NCBI GenBank assembly: GCA_024137785.1
Contig: JAHRHZ010000125.1
Location: 7,172,312-7,236,311, forward strand
DNA length: 64,000 nt
Origin: Ginglymostoma cirratum
Lineage: Eukaryota
Reading direction: 5' to 3'
In this document: in pieces, positions 52,764 through 64,000 of the stretch
Position numbering within the stretch: position 1 is the stretch's first letter
Layout: each line of letters starts with the position of its first letter
Translations under genes and position numbers: made by a program
Notes under the pieces: model-generated
Databases searched by the model: none
Told to the model about the DNA's origin: nothing
The model's input: only the letters and a program-made list of their open reading frames with translations

Positions 52764-55329
52764 CTGTGTGGAAGCATATGAAAAAGGAGAGGGAAAACAG
52801 CAACAATGAAGGGAGAACGACAGAACAATGGCAAAACTCACACATGCAGATGAATACAGAACAGCAATGTTAACAGAGAGGAAAATAAACTTTTAATTTA
52901 ACATACACGTCATTTTTCCCCCACATGTACCACAACAATTAGAAGGATTAGGAGGACATGGACTTATTTTTTCTTCTCTAATGAAAATCATGGTATCATG
53001 CCAGAAAAAGAACAACATTCCACTGATATTGTGATGCCATACATACGTAGTATACACAGTCGAAACAACATTGAATTGAATAATTTGTTAAAGACTCTGT
53101 TAGTAACAGGAAAAAGCAATATCCATTGCCTCATAATTTTACATGCAGCTTGGCTCCTTGCCAAATGCCAAGCTATACTCTTCTACCAATTTAATGTAGC
53201 CAGATGTTCAATATTCCTTTCAACAATTAAATATTTTGAGTTCTGGACCAATGAGTTTTCTTCAGGTCTGTCTGTTGCTAGTCAAACTAATGACCTCCTC
53301 CCAATGTCTATCAATATTACTAAGTAAAATGGACTAACTTTGCCTTCACATTTTCATCTCTTCCAGTGATAAATAGCTTGACTTCCAATTTACACCACTC
53401 CCCCAAAATTATTGGAAAAACCTGAATTCATATTTTTGTATTGTGCATACTTACTATGTCCCAAAATGCTGCACAGTCATAAAATTTCTTTTGAAATGCA
53501 GACGTTATAGTGGTCGTGCAGATAACTGCAACCGCCATTTACACAAGGGACATAAAAGCAATCAAATTAGTGATCAGATAAATAATTTTTGGTGTTTGTG
53601 AGTCAAGAATTGATGAGGATACCAACAGAATTCCTCCACTTTTCTTTCAATTTGGCCTGCCCATACTTGAGCAAGATATCTTGAAGCATTGTGATGGAGG
53701 AAGGTATTAAGACATTACAAATATTGATGGATGAGGTCATAGGGGAATTTGAAAACAATGATGAGAATTTTAAACTCAAGACTGTAGGAAGTGAAATTTA
53801 TGGTTGAAATTTGTGAAAGATATTCAGCTCAGTGGGTGGTGCGGTGGGGTAGGGGAATCATAGTTTAAATCAAATGCAGAATGCAGTTTGCCATAGAAAG
53901 ATGGACAGAGATTGACTAAATTTGCAAGAATATATTGAAAAGACAAATAGAACTGGAATAATCTGTTCCAAGTTGTGGGTTTTGTTTCCTTCTCACGAAC
54001 AGAATTATTGAGCTGTGATAAAAAATAACACTTTCAACGCAATGGAACATTTAGCTTGGGGCTCAAAAGTCATAAGATCGTTGGGTTGAAACTGGTAAAC
54101 AGACATACTTCAAAGCTATATTACTTTGGTGAAACTTTGTGTTTTAATAAACACAAAGTAGGCCTGCCTTTTTCTCCCATGAATTGAGAAAATTCCAGAA
54201 TCTGCAAACTTAATTCATAGCATAGCGGTTGAGGTTTGTGGGGAAGGGTGGGGGGTGGTGCCTGATACTCTGCTTGTCATTTGGTGGGGTGGGAGTATGG
54301 AACAGGTGGATGTTGGCTTTTAATGGGCATCAGCCTCATGACCTTGAAAACACAATGAGGAGGCAACCACGCACAGAGTTGGGTTGTGTATATGGCCAGT
54401 CTTGTGCCTCAAGACTTGTAAAGAGAAACAATTATATGAAAAGTATCCCTCTAGCCCTCAGCCCTGAGGCAGAGGCACAGGTGGGTGATGTGCGGAGGTG
54501 GCACTAGATAATTTGAGTGATGACATAGATAGCTTTTCTCATCCTAAACAGAAACAATGGAGCATATGACCTCTTTTAATGCTGTAAATTTCTATGATTC
54601 ACTCAGCACTGAAAGGACTTTATCAACATCACAAATAACATCCCATGCGACTGTGAAAAACATAACCCGTTTCTTCTTTATCCTTCTAAACCTGTCTGCA
54701 GTCTTTGATGTCAATAGCGTAATTGGAAGCTCAACCAAGGGTCAAACACGACACCAATGGTAATGATGAGTCTTGCTCAGCCCTGAATAGTTGCCAAACA
54801 GAAGGATGGAGTTGGTAGATATGGAATGGAGTTTGGAGTACAGAATAAAGTCAATGGGATCCATTTCTCAATATTTAATAAGAGGTTATTTCTGCTCATG
54901 CAGTACCACTGTACAAGCAATCTGAATAGTTTTGTGAAGTGGAGGAGTTAAGAAAGGTTATGGTGAAGTAAAGCTGGGTACCCATAATTCAATACCAAGA
55001 ACAGAACTAGGTGAGAGATATTTGGCTGAAGAAAAGCAAAACTATCCAACCTAATCCTAGTTACTAGTGCTTTGGTCCGTAGTCTTGTTGGTTAGGGCAC
55101 TTGAAGGTAATTCAGTGTTTGAGTAGTGGAAGGCATTCAAGGAGCAGGTAATGAAGGGTCAGAAAAAAAATAGGCTCACAAAAAAAAAATCACCTCTTAA
55201 ACAGTGCGCTTCTTGCATGCTCAGGATCTGATAAGGCATCAATCGAGGATTTTAAAGATACCAAATTCAATACTACAGAAAGCCAAAAGGTGTATCCAAG
55301 TTGCAGTGGCAAAATTACTATGGAATTAA

Positions 55330-56410
55330 GAGAGCAAAGCCAGTTCATGAAACTATAATGGCAAATAAAATCAGGAAAAACTAAAGACCATTTATAAATA
55401 CTGAGGATAACTCAGGTAAGAGTGAAGCCCATGAAAGGCCAAAAGGTTGAGGAGATAGGAAGCATTGTCCTTATGAAATAAAGAGGGAGAGAGATGCAGG
55501 CATTGGATGTAAGGAGGATGAATGTGAAATATTAGATGTCATAAACAAAGTGAGAGGGGACTGTTTTGAAAGGAGATAAATTACAAAGCTCAGATAGGAT
55601 GTATCCCAGACTGTTAAGAGAAATATTGGAGTCATGGATCATCGCTATACAATCCCCCTTGGCTATAGAAGTCGTGTCAAACACTGAAGAAGAGTTAACA
55701 TTGTATTGTGACTTAAAACCAGAGGAAATTGATAGACTGAATAAGTACAGGCCAGTCTAACTGCAGTGGTGGGCAGATGAGGGGAAAACATTCTGAGCAA
55801 TTTGATTAATCATTTGGAAAACCACAGATTACGCAAGGAGAATCAGCATGGATTATCAAGGGGAGATGTGTCTGATAAATATAAACTAATACTTGGAGGA
55901 GATTATAAAAAGGCGGTTGATGGTAATGCACTTGATTTATTCCACATGTAGTTTAGAATGAGTTTTGAAAAGGTCTCACATGGCAGACTGGTCAGAAAAG
56001 CAAAAGCCCACTAGATTCAAAGGAAAAGGGCAAGCCAGTTCCAAAAGTGACTCAGTAGCAGGAAGCAAAGGCTAATGGTTAACTGGCGCTTTACTGACTG
56101 CAAGGCTGCTTCCGTTAGATTCCACAGGACTCAGTACACAGTGCCTTGATATTTCTGAAATATTTTAATTCAAATTTAAATATAGGGGTCATAATTGAGA
56201 AATGTGCAGATGATACAACATAATAGTATCCGATAGTGGGGAAGACAGCAGTCGATTCCAGGACGATATCAAGGGACTGAAGAAGCGGACATCACAGATA
56301 CAAATGGGATTAAATTATGAGAACTGTGAGGTAATGTACGGGGGAGGGGAAACAACCCACAGGAATACTGATATGCATAGAGGAACAAAAGTATCTTAGA
56401 GTACATATTT
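55330..56410 (+). mobile_element. Degenerate CR1 LINE ORF2 (RT) fragment
   Basis: DRMYPRLLRE, NKYRPV, ENQHG, FEKVSHGRL and ADDT motifs with frameshifts. Confidence 0.8.
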
Positions 56411-56944
56411 TCTTTGGAACAAAGAGGCTGAGGGACTCTTCCTGTCTACTTCTGATCTTGGCTTAGGACATCTTGTTTGCCTCCAATGTAACACTTTTAC
56501 TCTTGGTCTGCTTTTGTCCTTTTCCATAGCAGTGTTAACTCTAATTGAATTATGATCCCTATCATCTTATACTTTACCACCCACATTCCCTGAAATGAAG
56601 TCTGGAACTGCTGCATTTCTTGTTGAGTTATTACACACACTTACTGCCCTATTACTTTTGCACTTCTTAGAATTTTGCCTACATATTTGCTCTGATCTCC
56701 CTCCAACATTTATGTGAAGTTCTTAGAATGGGACTTATACACCAACATCTACAGTATCAATAATGACAGCAAGTTTCTGGGCTTAAGTCAACCTTTAAAA
56801 CTGCTAAAAATAACCCATCAAAATGAGGGTTTACTTATCCATCAAACAGCGAAAGTGAGCCACCAAACTCAGTGTATTTGAAATGTCAGTCAAATCCCAC
56901 CCAAAGAATGACCATGTGTTAAATTCCCATGACCATGTGTTAAA

Positions 56945-57061
56945 AACCTGAAACGTTAACTCTGTTTCTTCCCTCACAGATGCTGCCAGACCTGCTGAGC
57001 TTTTCCAGCAACTGTGTTTTTGTTCCTGATTTATAGAACCTGCAATTCTTTCGGTTTTTAT
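56945..57061 (+). mobile_element. Short PLE-type terminal-repeat fragment (family B)
   Basis: High similarity to 32755-32868. Confidence 0.8.
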
Positions 57062-57156
57062 CAGTATGTTACATCATGGCTGAAAAGATGAGAGAATTTA
57101 TTGGTACACTGAGTATGTACAAGCATGACTTTTGGGAAGGAAAATGACGAGGTTAT

Positions 57157-57249
57157 CTGATGAAGGTCTAGGCCCGAAACGTCAAGCTTTCCTGCTCCTA
57201 TGATGCTGCTTGGCCTGCTGTGTTCATCCAGCTCCACACCTTGTTATCC
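57157..57249 (+). mobile_element. Short Neptune-type terminal-repeat insertion with hammerhead motif, 12-bp TSD
   Basis: CTGATGA-AGGTCTAGGCCC-GAAA-CGTC; AGGTTATCTGAT at 57150-57161 and 57250-57261. Confidence 0.85.
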
Positions 57250-57659
57250 AGGTTATCTGATATGCCAGGTCAACTTTGTCACTGTAATTTATGGTTAATT
57301 ACTTTTGTAGGAGATAAAGGCCTTCACTTGCATGTTATCCACAAATGGCACAGTGCAATAAAATCTTTTAAAAATGCACCATTCCTCCAGAATTAACATT
57401 ATTCTCAACTGAACTTGTATATTTCTATGCATTTAGTGCAGACAACAGATACTCTGGCTTGCCTAACAGCAACCTGAAATCCAAGTAAATTCATTGTATT
57501 CCAATTTCCAATGATTCAAATATCTACTACTTTAGGTATATGAAGTGAAATTTTTAAAAAAATTATTCACAACAAATATGATATTTGTCCCTGGGCTGAT
57601 CCATATTTGCTTCCACGACAAGACTGCATACTTGCGACTATGCAGCAATTTCCAATGGT

Positions 57660-58335
57660 GACCAGAGGTATAATTTTCTTTGTTAGGTGAGTATCTAGTC
57701 TAATGATCCACTGCATCCTGAGCCTATCAAACACATCGGCAGACACTGCTGGCCTTCCTCTAACCGCCGCCTGTAGATGCTGATCAATTGGAGGCTGGTA
57801 GCTCCAGGACTCAGCAACACCTCCAAGGAGGACTGGATAGCTGCAAAATCAGCAGCCCTGGACTCCCAAGACGCCACAGTGAGCAAAGACAAAGGTGTGT
57901 TGTTAGTGATGTGGTGGGGTTGATAGGGTGCAGGGATTCGCAGGCAAAGTTGGGGGGGTTGAGTCAAGAGCAAGAGCAGTGGTGTGACTGTCAGCAGCCA
58001 TACTCCTCTCCTACGTACATGCCTTCCATCATGGCAAATTATTGCAAATCAAAGACACTCTACCAACTAGCAAGCATTGCACCCAGGTTTATGAGATCAT
58101 TAAACCGGAAGATAATGGCTGCCCAGGTGGGAACAGACCCTTACGTGGTTGACAAATTGATCACTTAAAGTTCTCAAGTGGAGGCAGAATGGGAAGGATG
58201 TCCTCTATCCCTCCTATCTGGCATTTACTTGGGTGGTGGCAGGAAGGTGTTGGGTATCTGTCTCATGACAGTCCCCCTAATTTTCCAGCCCTCCTAGCTC
58301 CTTCTTCACATCCTGTGAGCCCAGAAAATTCTGTG
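57660..58335 (-). mobile_element. Possible degenerate PIF/Harbinger-derived DNA element (Myb/SANT-like remnant)
   Basis: Weak similarity only (SLEVLL...RRR peptide, aaaattct-type end); GC-rich island. Confidence 0.35.
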
Positions 58336-60050
58336 ACTTGCTGCTGTAACTTTCTTCCATGACTTTGTTATATTGAGACTTAACTATTCCAATGTTCTCC
58401 AGGGTGGCATCCCACCTTCTAACTCATGTAAAATTAAACTTGCCATAACCTTTTCTGCTAGCAGGCCAACTCCATCAGGTCCTGTTCACCCGTCTCCCTG
58501 GAACTTGCTGACTCACACTGGTTTCTAGTCCTGCAACAACTTGTTTCAAATACTTATCCTTCACTCTAAATCCCTACAGATCATCCTCCTGAGGTATAAA
58601 TTTCCAGTGGAGCCCCAACCAGTTAAGATCTATGTGCTCCTCTAATACTAGCTTCATCCACATCCCTGAATTTAGATGCTCACTATTGACAGCTGTACCT
58701 TCAGGTTCACAGATTCGAATAGAGAATTCTTTCATTGCGATGCCCTTTTTGACCAGGCATTAGTGAACTGTCCTAATTTATTCTCACATAATTTGGTATC
58801 AAATTTTATTTGGTAATAGGTCCCTGAAATGCCTTGAGACTCGTTACCACATTAAAGGTGCTAATATAAATGCACATTTTTTGTTGTTGGTTTGATTACG
58901 GTTATGTGGTTAGCTGATGTTTCCTTTCCCTCTCTCCAGTGTACTGACAGCAACTGGAGCATAGAACGACCATCCAGCTGAGACTCATTAATGAAGTACA
59001 AACTGGAAATCACACACTTAATCTTTTTTCCTGTGCGGTTGAGTATGCTACCATCTAGTATATACTTTCTCATTCAGCCCTGTGGAAACATGAACATGGG
59101 ACTCTGCAAATCGACCAGCGAGATCCATCTGCTTACAATTCCCAAGTGATCAATAAACAAAGCTCAGAAGTGTGCCACATTAGGCTTTCATTTATTTTAA
59201 ATAAAATTTAAGTAAAATGCAGAGGCAAGGATTATAGTTAGGCAAGGCAATTTTTAATTAATCCAAGGTAAGTTAATATTATGGTTTATTAATTGCAACT
59301 AGATACACAATAACAAAACCAGAATAAACAGATACCATACCCACAAATCTTCCAGAGATTATAAATAAAAATTAGTGATTGGCATGAGAATGAATGAAAT
59401 GCCTATAAAAAGAGCTCATTATTTCTGCTAAATTAGTTAGGTTCTCCTGAGATGCAGCTTTGACCTTTTAGCAGTTTGGCTACTCCTAAACTTTGCTTGG
59501 AACCTTGTAAAAAAATGTAGGAAAAAAAACAGAGGCTTTGACCCACAAACCACTAACAAGAATTATTAACTTTCCTAATAGGTGTCTGTGGCTTCACTAT
59601 CTGGATAACCCAAGCTGTAGAAAGGATGTGGCATGGTTGTCAGCCATTCCTGTCAGCAGAATAGGAAATCCAAAAGAATGATGTCTGCAATAAACTGATG
59701 GTACAGATTGGTAACTCCAGATTAGCTAAACTTGTCCACCCTTGTCATTTGACCATTCCCACCAAATGAAGCAGAGTTAGGCCATGCCAGTGCACAGAAT
59801 CATGGGCAGGCCTGTAGCAATCACTGCAAATTGGTCTCATCTATGCTATGAACAAATAAACACCAAATGATGTTTCTAATGCGGATGAAATCAGTCTGTT
59901 TTACTATTTTAGTTAACGGTTTAAAGATGAAATGTGTAATGGCAGAAACTGAAGCAAGAAACACATCACTGCTATGGTCTGCACCAACATGGTTGATGTG
60001 GAAAAGACATCCCTTTGTGTGACAGGTAAGTCTAAGAAGCCACAATGCGA

Positions 60051-60084
60051 TAGGGTTAGGGTTAGGGTTAGGGTTAGGGTTAGG
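60051..60084 (+). repeat. Interstitial telomeric repeat (TTAGGG)~5.7
   Basis: TAGGG(TTAGGG)4TTAGG. Confidence 0.95.
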
Positions 60085-60718
60085 CAAAACATTATCCACA
60101 GACTATGACTCTAATAAAGCTACCTGGATGATCTCCAGAATTATTTGATGACTGAATCAGAAAGTGGACAAAACATATCGGATGGAAGAAAAGAAAGATT
60201 ACCACCCTGAAAAACCGTGAAGAGCCTGATGAGTGCCTGCCCACTCACCCACCTGTTTCCCCAACTAAAGCTGCAAAGTTTGGCGAGATGCTCCAGGAAT
60301 TCACCTGCAGCATGAAAACATGTCTGATTGCATTGACACTGCGGACATGTCCAAAGACAGTGCACTAACTGGAAAGTACTGCTGTGTTTTTCTAGTGCTG
60401 ACACCCAGTATTTTTTCAATGCCTTTTGCTGTACAAGGTCAGGCCTTTGAAAGGTAGGAAAAAAACTGAAACTTTTTTTCACATAGTTACTGCATCAGCA
60501 TGTTTACATTTGGTATTTCTTGACATAGAGCACGTTTGTAGGCAAATAAGATTATGCGGCGCCTCTTCAGCTGTATCAAAATTCTGTTTAACACAAGTTT
60601 AGGGGCAGTCCACATTCGATTTGTCTCATCACGATTTGACTACAATTGCTTCAGTCTAGAATTTCTCTTAGCCAATGAATTTACTGAATTTTAAATAAGT
60701 AACTGATTAGAAATGTAC

Positions 60719-60863
60719 CTGTCTGAGCGTTCTCCAAGGCGTCCTATTCCTCTATACGTCATATTGTCCAGGTATCGACTGCTCGGTAGAGAGTCATCAC
60801 CGAGTTCTTTCAAATCCTCTGGTCTGAGGTACTCTCCTCCATCACCGGTCATTGTATCATCTC
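60719..60863 (-). CDS. ANK2: ANK2 exon, 145 nt: (G)[47 protein letters not shown](S)
   Basis: Manual translation; acceptor ttcccaag, donor gtacat; phase 1 to 2. Confidence 0.95.
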
Positions 60864-61965
60864 CTTGGGAATAAGAGACAGTTGATCAGTCAGGAGAGGC
60901 ACTGAGTTGCAGAGTGACCAAGGATGAAAAGAGACACTGGCTGGAAACTAACCATGCACAGTCAAGTAACATTAGAGAAGCAATTGCTTATTACTGAAGA
61001 CCAAGAGAAAATGTATGAAAATAACCTAGCGACTGTAACATATTACATAAAACAATGCACTGCAACTTGAAACTTGATGGAGACTCCTTTACCATCAATT
61101 GTCAGCTGACAAACAGATTTTCTGAATCAGATCAAGAGAAAGCTGGAATCATTTTCTCTCTAGGAAAGGGACTGCCTTGTATAAAAGGTGGTACTTCATA
61201 ACACAGTGATCTCCTAAACTAGCTTTAATTGTTGAAATTACAATTGCTGTAATTGGCCCGAGCTTTTATTTAGCTTTTCACCTCTTCCAGGAGATTCCAT
61301 AGCTCTGGGTGATGAAGAAGTGTACATTTTGAACGTGAAGTGTTGCCCAGAGCATCACAACTGTCGGAATGGAATCAAGTGGACCAATGGGTTTTCTTCA
61401 GTCATTTTCTTTATGTTAGGTCGCTAGTGGCAGTCATGCCACACAAGTGTCAAGGAATGTCCGTTACCACTCCTTGACGGTCAGTTCCAGTCTCACCGTC
61501 TAATCCTGTATCATAGAGTCAGAGGTCTACAGAGATGACAATCCTTTGGCCCATCAAGTCTGCACTAGTCAAGAATGAGCACTTATTTTAACTCCATTAT
61601 CCAGCACTTGGCCCGTAGCCATGTATGCCTTGGCATCACAAAAGCACATCTAAACATTTGTTAAATTTCATGAACGTTTCTGCCTCTATCACCCTCACAG
61701 TCAGCGAGTTCCAGACGCCCACCATTATCTGGATAAAAAAATCTTGCCTCATATCTCATCTAAACTTCCTGCCTCTTACCTTAAATATATGCACACTGAT
61801 CACTCCACTGAGAGGAAAAGTTTCTGTCCACCTGATGCCCCTCATAATTTTATACATGTCAATCATGCCCTCCCTCAGGCTCTTCTATTCAAAGAAAAAC
61901 AACCCCAGTCTGTGCATTCTCTCTTCATAAGTAAAACTCTCCAGCCCAGGTGATGCTCTGGTGAA

Positions 61966-62094
61966 GTATAAATCATTGAGATAGCAAGAACTGCAGATGC
62001 TGGATGTAGAGATAAAAGTGTGTGCAGCTCCTTTCCTGTTCCTCTGAGGCTGCCTGGCCTGCTGTGTTCCTCCAGCTCCACACCCTGTTATATA
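61966..62094. mobile_element. Short inverted Neptune-type terminal-repeat insertion in CR1, 13-bp TSD
   Basis: ATGYTCTGGTGAA at 61953-61965 and 62095-62107. Confidence 0.75.
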
Positions 62095-62250
62095 ATGTTC
62101 TGGTGAATCTCCTCTGCACTCTTTCCAGTTAAAACTTGTGTCTCCCGTAATATGGATTCCAGAATTGCAAGAAATACTCAAAATGTGGTCTAATTAACAT
62201 TTTATATGGTTCCAGCATAACCTCCCTGCTCTTAAACTTTATGCTAATAA

Positions 62251-62631
62251 GGTTTTGGAGTAGATTTGTAGCTCGGGTTGTGGGTGTTGAGGTTGGTTGG
62301 CTCGCCGAGCTGGTTTGTTGTTCCGCAGACATTTTGTTACCATACTGGGTAACATCCTCAGTGCAGCCTCTGATGAGGTGTCGGTGTGTTTTCCTGCCTG
62401 GTTTTTAAACTCTGGGGTCCACTGAGCTGGATTGCCTCACTTCCGGTTTTCCTTCATAGTGGAGTGTACATGGGGTCAAGTTCAATGTGTTTATTAGTAG
62501 TATGCTTCGTGGAGTGCCAGGCTTCTAGGAATTCCGGTGCCTGTATCTGCTTGGCTTGTCCCAGGATTTTGGTGTTGTCCCAGTCGAATTGGATAAGGAG
62601 AACCACTCAGCTCGGCGAGCCAACCAACCTT
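62251..62631 (-). mobile_element. Poseidon-type PLE 3' fragment with short inverted end, in CR1, 16-bp TSD
   Basis: AACTYTATGCTAATAA at 62235-62250 and 62632-62647; decayed hammerhead at ~62325-62365. Confidence 0.88.
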
Positions 62632-62859
62632 AACTCTATGCTAATAAATACAAAAGCATCCTATATGCCTTGAGGACCATTTTAACTACCTGTTCTGCTA
62701 CCTTAAGGGACTGGTGGTCATGTACACGAAGGTCCCTCTTATTCATGGTGCTTTCCATGGTCCTACCATTCATCATGTATCCCATTGCCTTGTTTGTCTG
62801 GCCCAAATCCATCACCTCACACTTAATGAGACCAAATTCCATTTGCACCATCAACACTA

Positions 62860-63500
62860 TAGAGAGATGGGTGTCATCACTGACCAGAAACCTAACTGGT
62901 CCGAGCATAGTCATACGTTGCTACAAGAGCGTGTCAGAAGTTGTCTGCAGAGAGGGACACATCTTACAATTCCCCAAAGCCTGTTCATCATCTGCAAGTT
63001 AAAAGTTAGAAGTGTGATGGAATACAATGCAGTTTCCTGGATGAGTGTAGTTCCAATACAATTCAAGCAGCTCAACACCATTCAGGACAAAGCAGCCTGC
63101 GTGACCCGACCTCACCCAGCATTTTAAACATCCAGTCCCTGCACCACCAGAACACCATCATTTAGTGTGCACTGTATGCAAAATGAGCTGCAGCAATTCC
63201 TCAAGGCTTTTTGGTCAGCACCTTCCAAAGACACAACCTCTACCAGCTAAAAGGACAAGACAGGACAGCACATGATTGGGAATACTATCATCTTCAAATT
63301 CAACACACCCTGGCTTGGAAATATATTGGTGCCCCTTCATCATTGTTGGCTCAAAATCTTGGATCTGTGTGGATGCATCTCCACAACATGAACTGCAGGA
63401 CAAGGGTAAGACTCAATAACACTTTCAGACGGACAATTAGAAAAAGGGGAATAAATGTTGGCACTGCCAGTGATTCCCATATCCCATCAATGAAAAAAAA
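62860..63500 (+). mobile_element. Degenerate L2/CR1-group LINE 3' fragment
   Basis: KVRSVMEY...WMS...KQLNTIQDKAAC peptide; ataaatgttggc...cccatcaatgaaaaaa tail. Confidence 0.65.
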
Positions 63501-63619
63501 AGAAAATCCATAATGTTGTTGCACTGTTATCAAAATAATGCAATGTATGGAGTAGTTGGGGTTTATTTCACAGAATACAACAAAAAAAAAGCACTTCTAT
63601 AAATAACTCCTGTATCTTT

Positions 63620-63905
63620 TTCACAGAATCCCTACAGTGTGGGAGCGGGCCCTTCAGACCATTAAGTCTGCACCAACCCTCCGAAGAGTCCCCCATCCAG
63701 CCCCTTCCCCCTACCCTATCCCCGTAACACTCCATATCCCATGGCAAATCCACCTGACCTACACATCCCTGGACACTATGGGCAATTTAGCATGGCCAAT
63801 CCACCTAACCTGCACATCTTTGGACCGTGGGAGGAAACCAGAGCACAGGGAGGAAACCCATGAAGACACAGGGGGGAATGTGCAAACTCCACACAGACAG
63901 ATGCT
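63620..63905 (-). mobile_element. HE1-like shark SINE (V-SINE core plus CR1/HER1-type tail), 5'-truncated
   Basis: ggcaatttagcatggccaatccacctaacctgcacatctttggac...ggaggaaacc...caaactccacacagacag. Confidence 0.8.
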
Positions 63906-64000
63906 GCCCCAGTGGCATTATTTCAGTCAACGTTCTTCCAAGACATCCCTGATTCCTGGAAACATTTTGTTGCTTGTCCCATTCTCCCCTACTCATCACA

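Larger units (their letters stand above)
2762..60863 (-). other. ANK2: Partial ankyrin-2 (ankyrin-B) gene: linker, ZU5-ZU5-UPA spectrin-binding region; gene extends beyond both window edges
   Basis: 14 colinear exons with GT-AG sites and matching phases. Peptides match ANK2 rather than ANK3 as I recall them ([16 protein letters not shown] exon, [25 protein letters not shown]). Confidence 0.95.
61510..62850 (-). mobile_element. CR1 LINE 3' fragment interrupted by two PLE insertions
   Basis: YEERMHRLGLF, FKSREVMLEPYKMLIRPHFEYFLQFWNP, KCEVMDLG...RDLRVH. Confidence 0.88.

Noticed and set aside
60124-60151. Possible exon cag|TCATCAAATAATTCTGGAGATCATCCAG|gtagct
   Set aside because: 28 nt breaks the phase-2 frame; weak donor and pyrimidine tract
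2762-60863. Assignment as ANK3 or ANK1
   Set aside because: Diagnostic peptides match ANK2, although RDSAMIEEL and GGSMRG are ANK3-like and probably ancestral states
1-64000. CRISPR array, prokaryotic operon or defence system
   Set aside because: Spliced vertebrate gene; repeats are dispersed TEs without regular spacers

Overview
Eukaryotic vertebrate genomic DNA, most likely a shark/elasmobranch (HE1-type SINE, CR1 LINEs, abundant Penelope-like elements). The whole window lies inside one minus-strand gene, ankyrin-2 (ANK2/ankyrin-B). I read 14 core coding exons with GT-AG borders and compatible phases (60863 down to 2762). They run from the linker after the ankyrin repeats through ZU5-ZU5-UPA to the small exons that precede the giant exon/death domain. 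There are also frame-preserving candidate alternative exons (12, 33 and 45 nt), an alternative acceptor and a candidate internal first exon (Met-Ser spliced onto ZU5). The introns carry at least three lineages of Penelope-like retroelements (GIY-YIG). Many short copies have target-site duplications, hammerhead-ribozyme motifs and a reproducible asymmetric inverted architecture, including a ~440-bp fold-back that holds an intact hammerhead core on the ANK2 sense strand. Most ORFs in the supplied track are spurious. There is a 400-N assembly gap at 14038-14437. No prokaryotic system, CRISPR array, rRNA or tRNA gene is supported.
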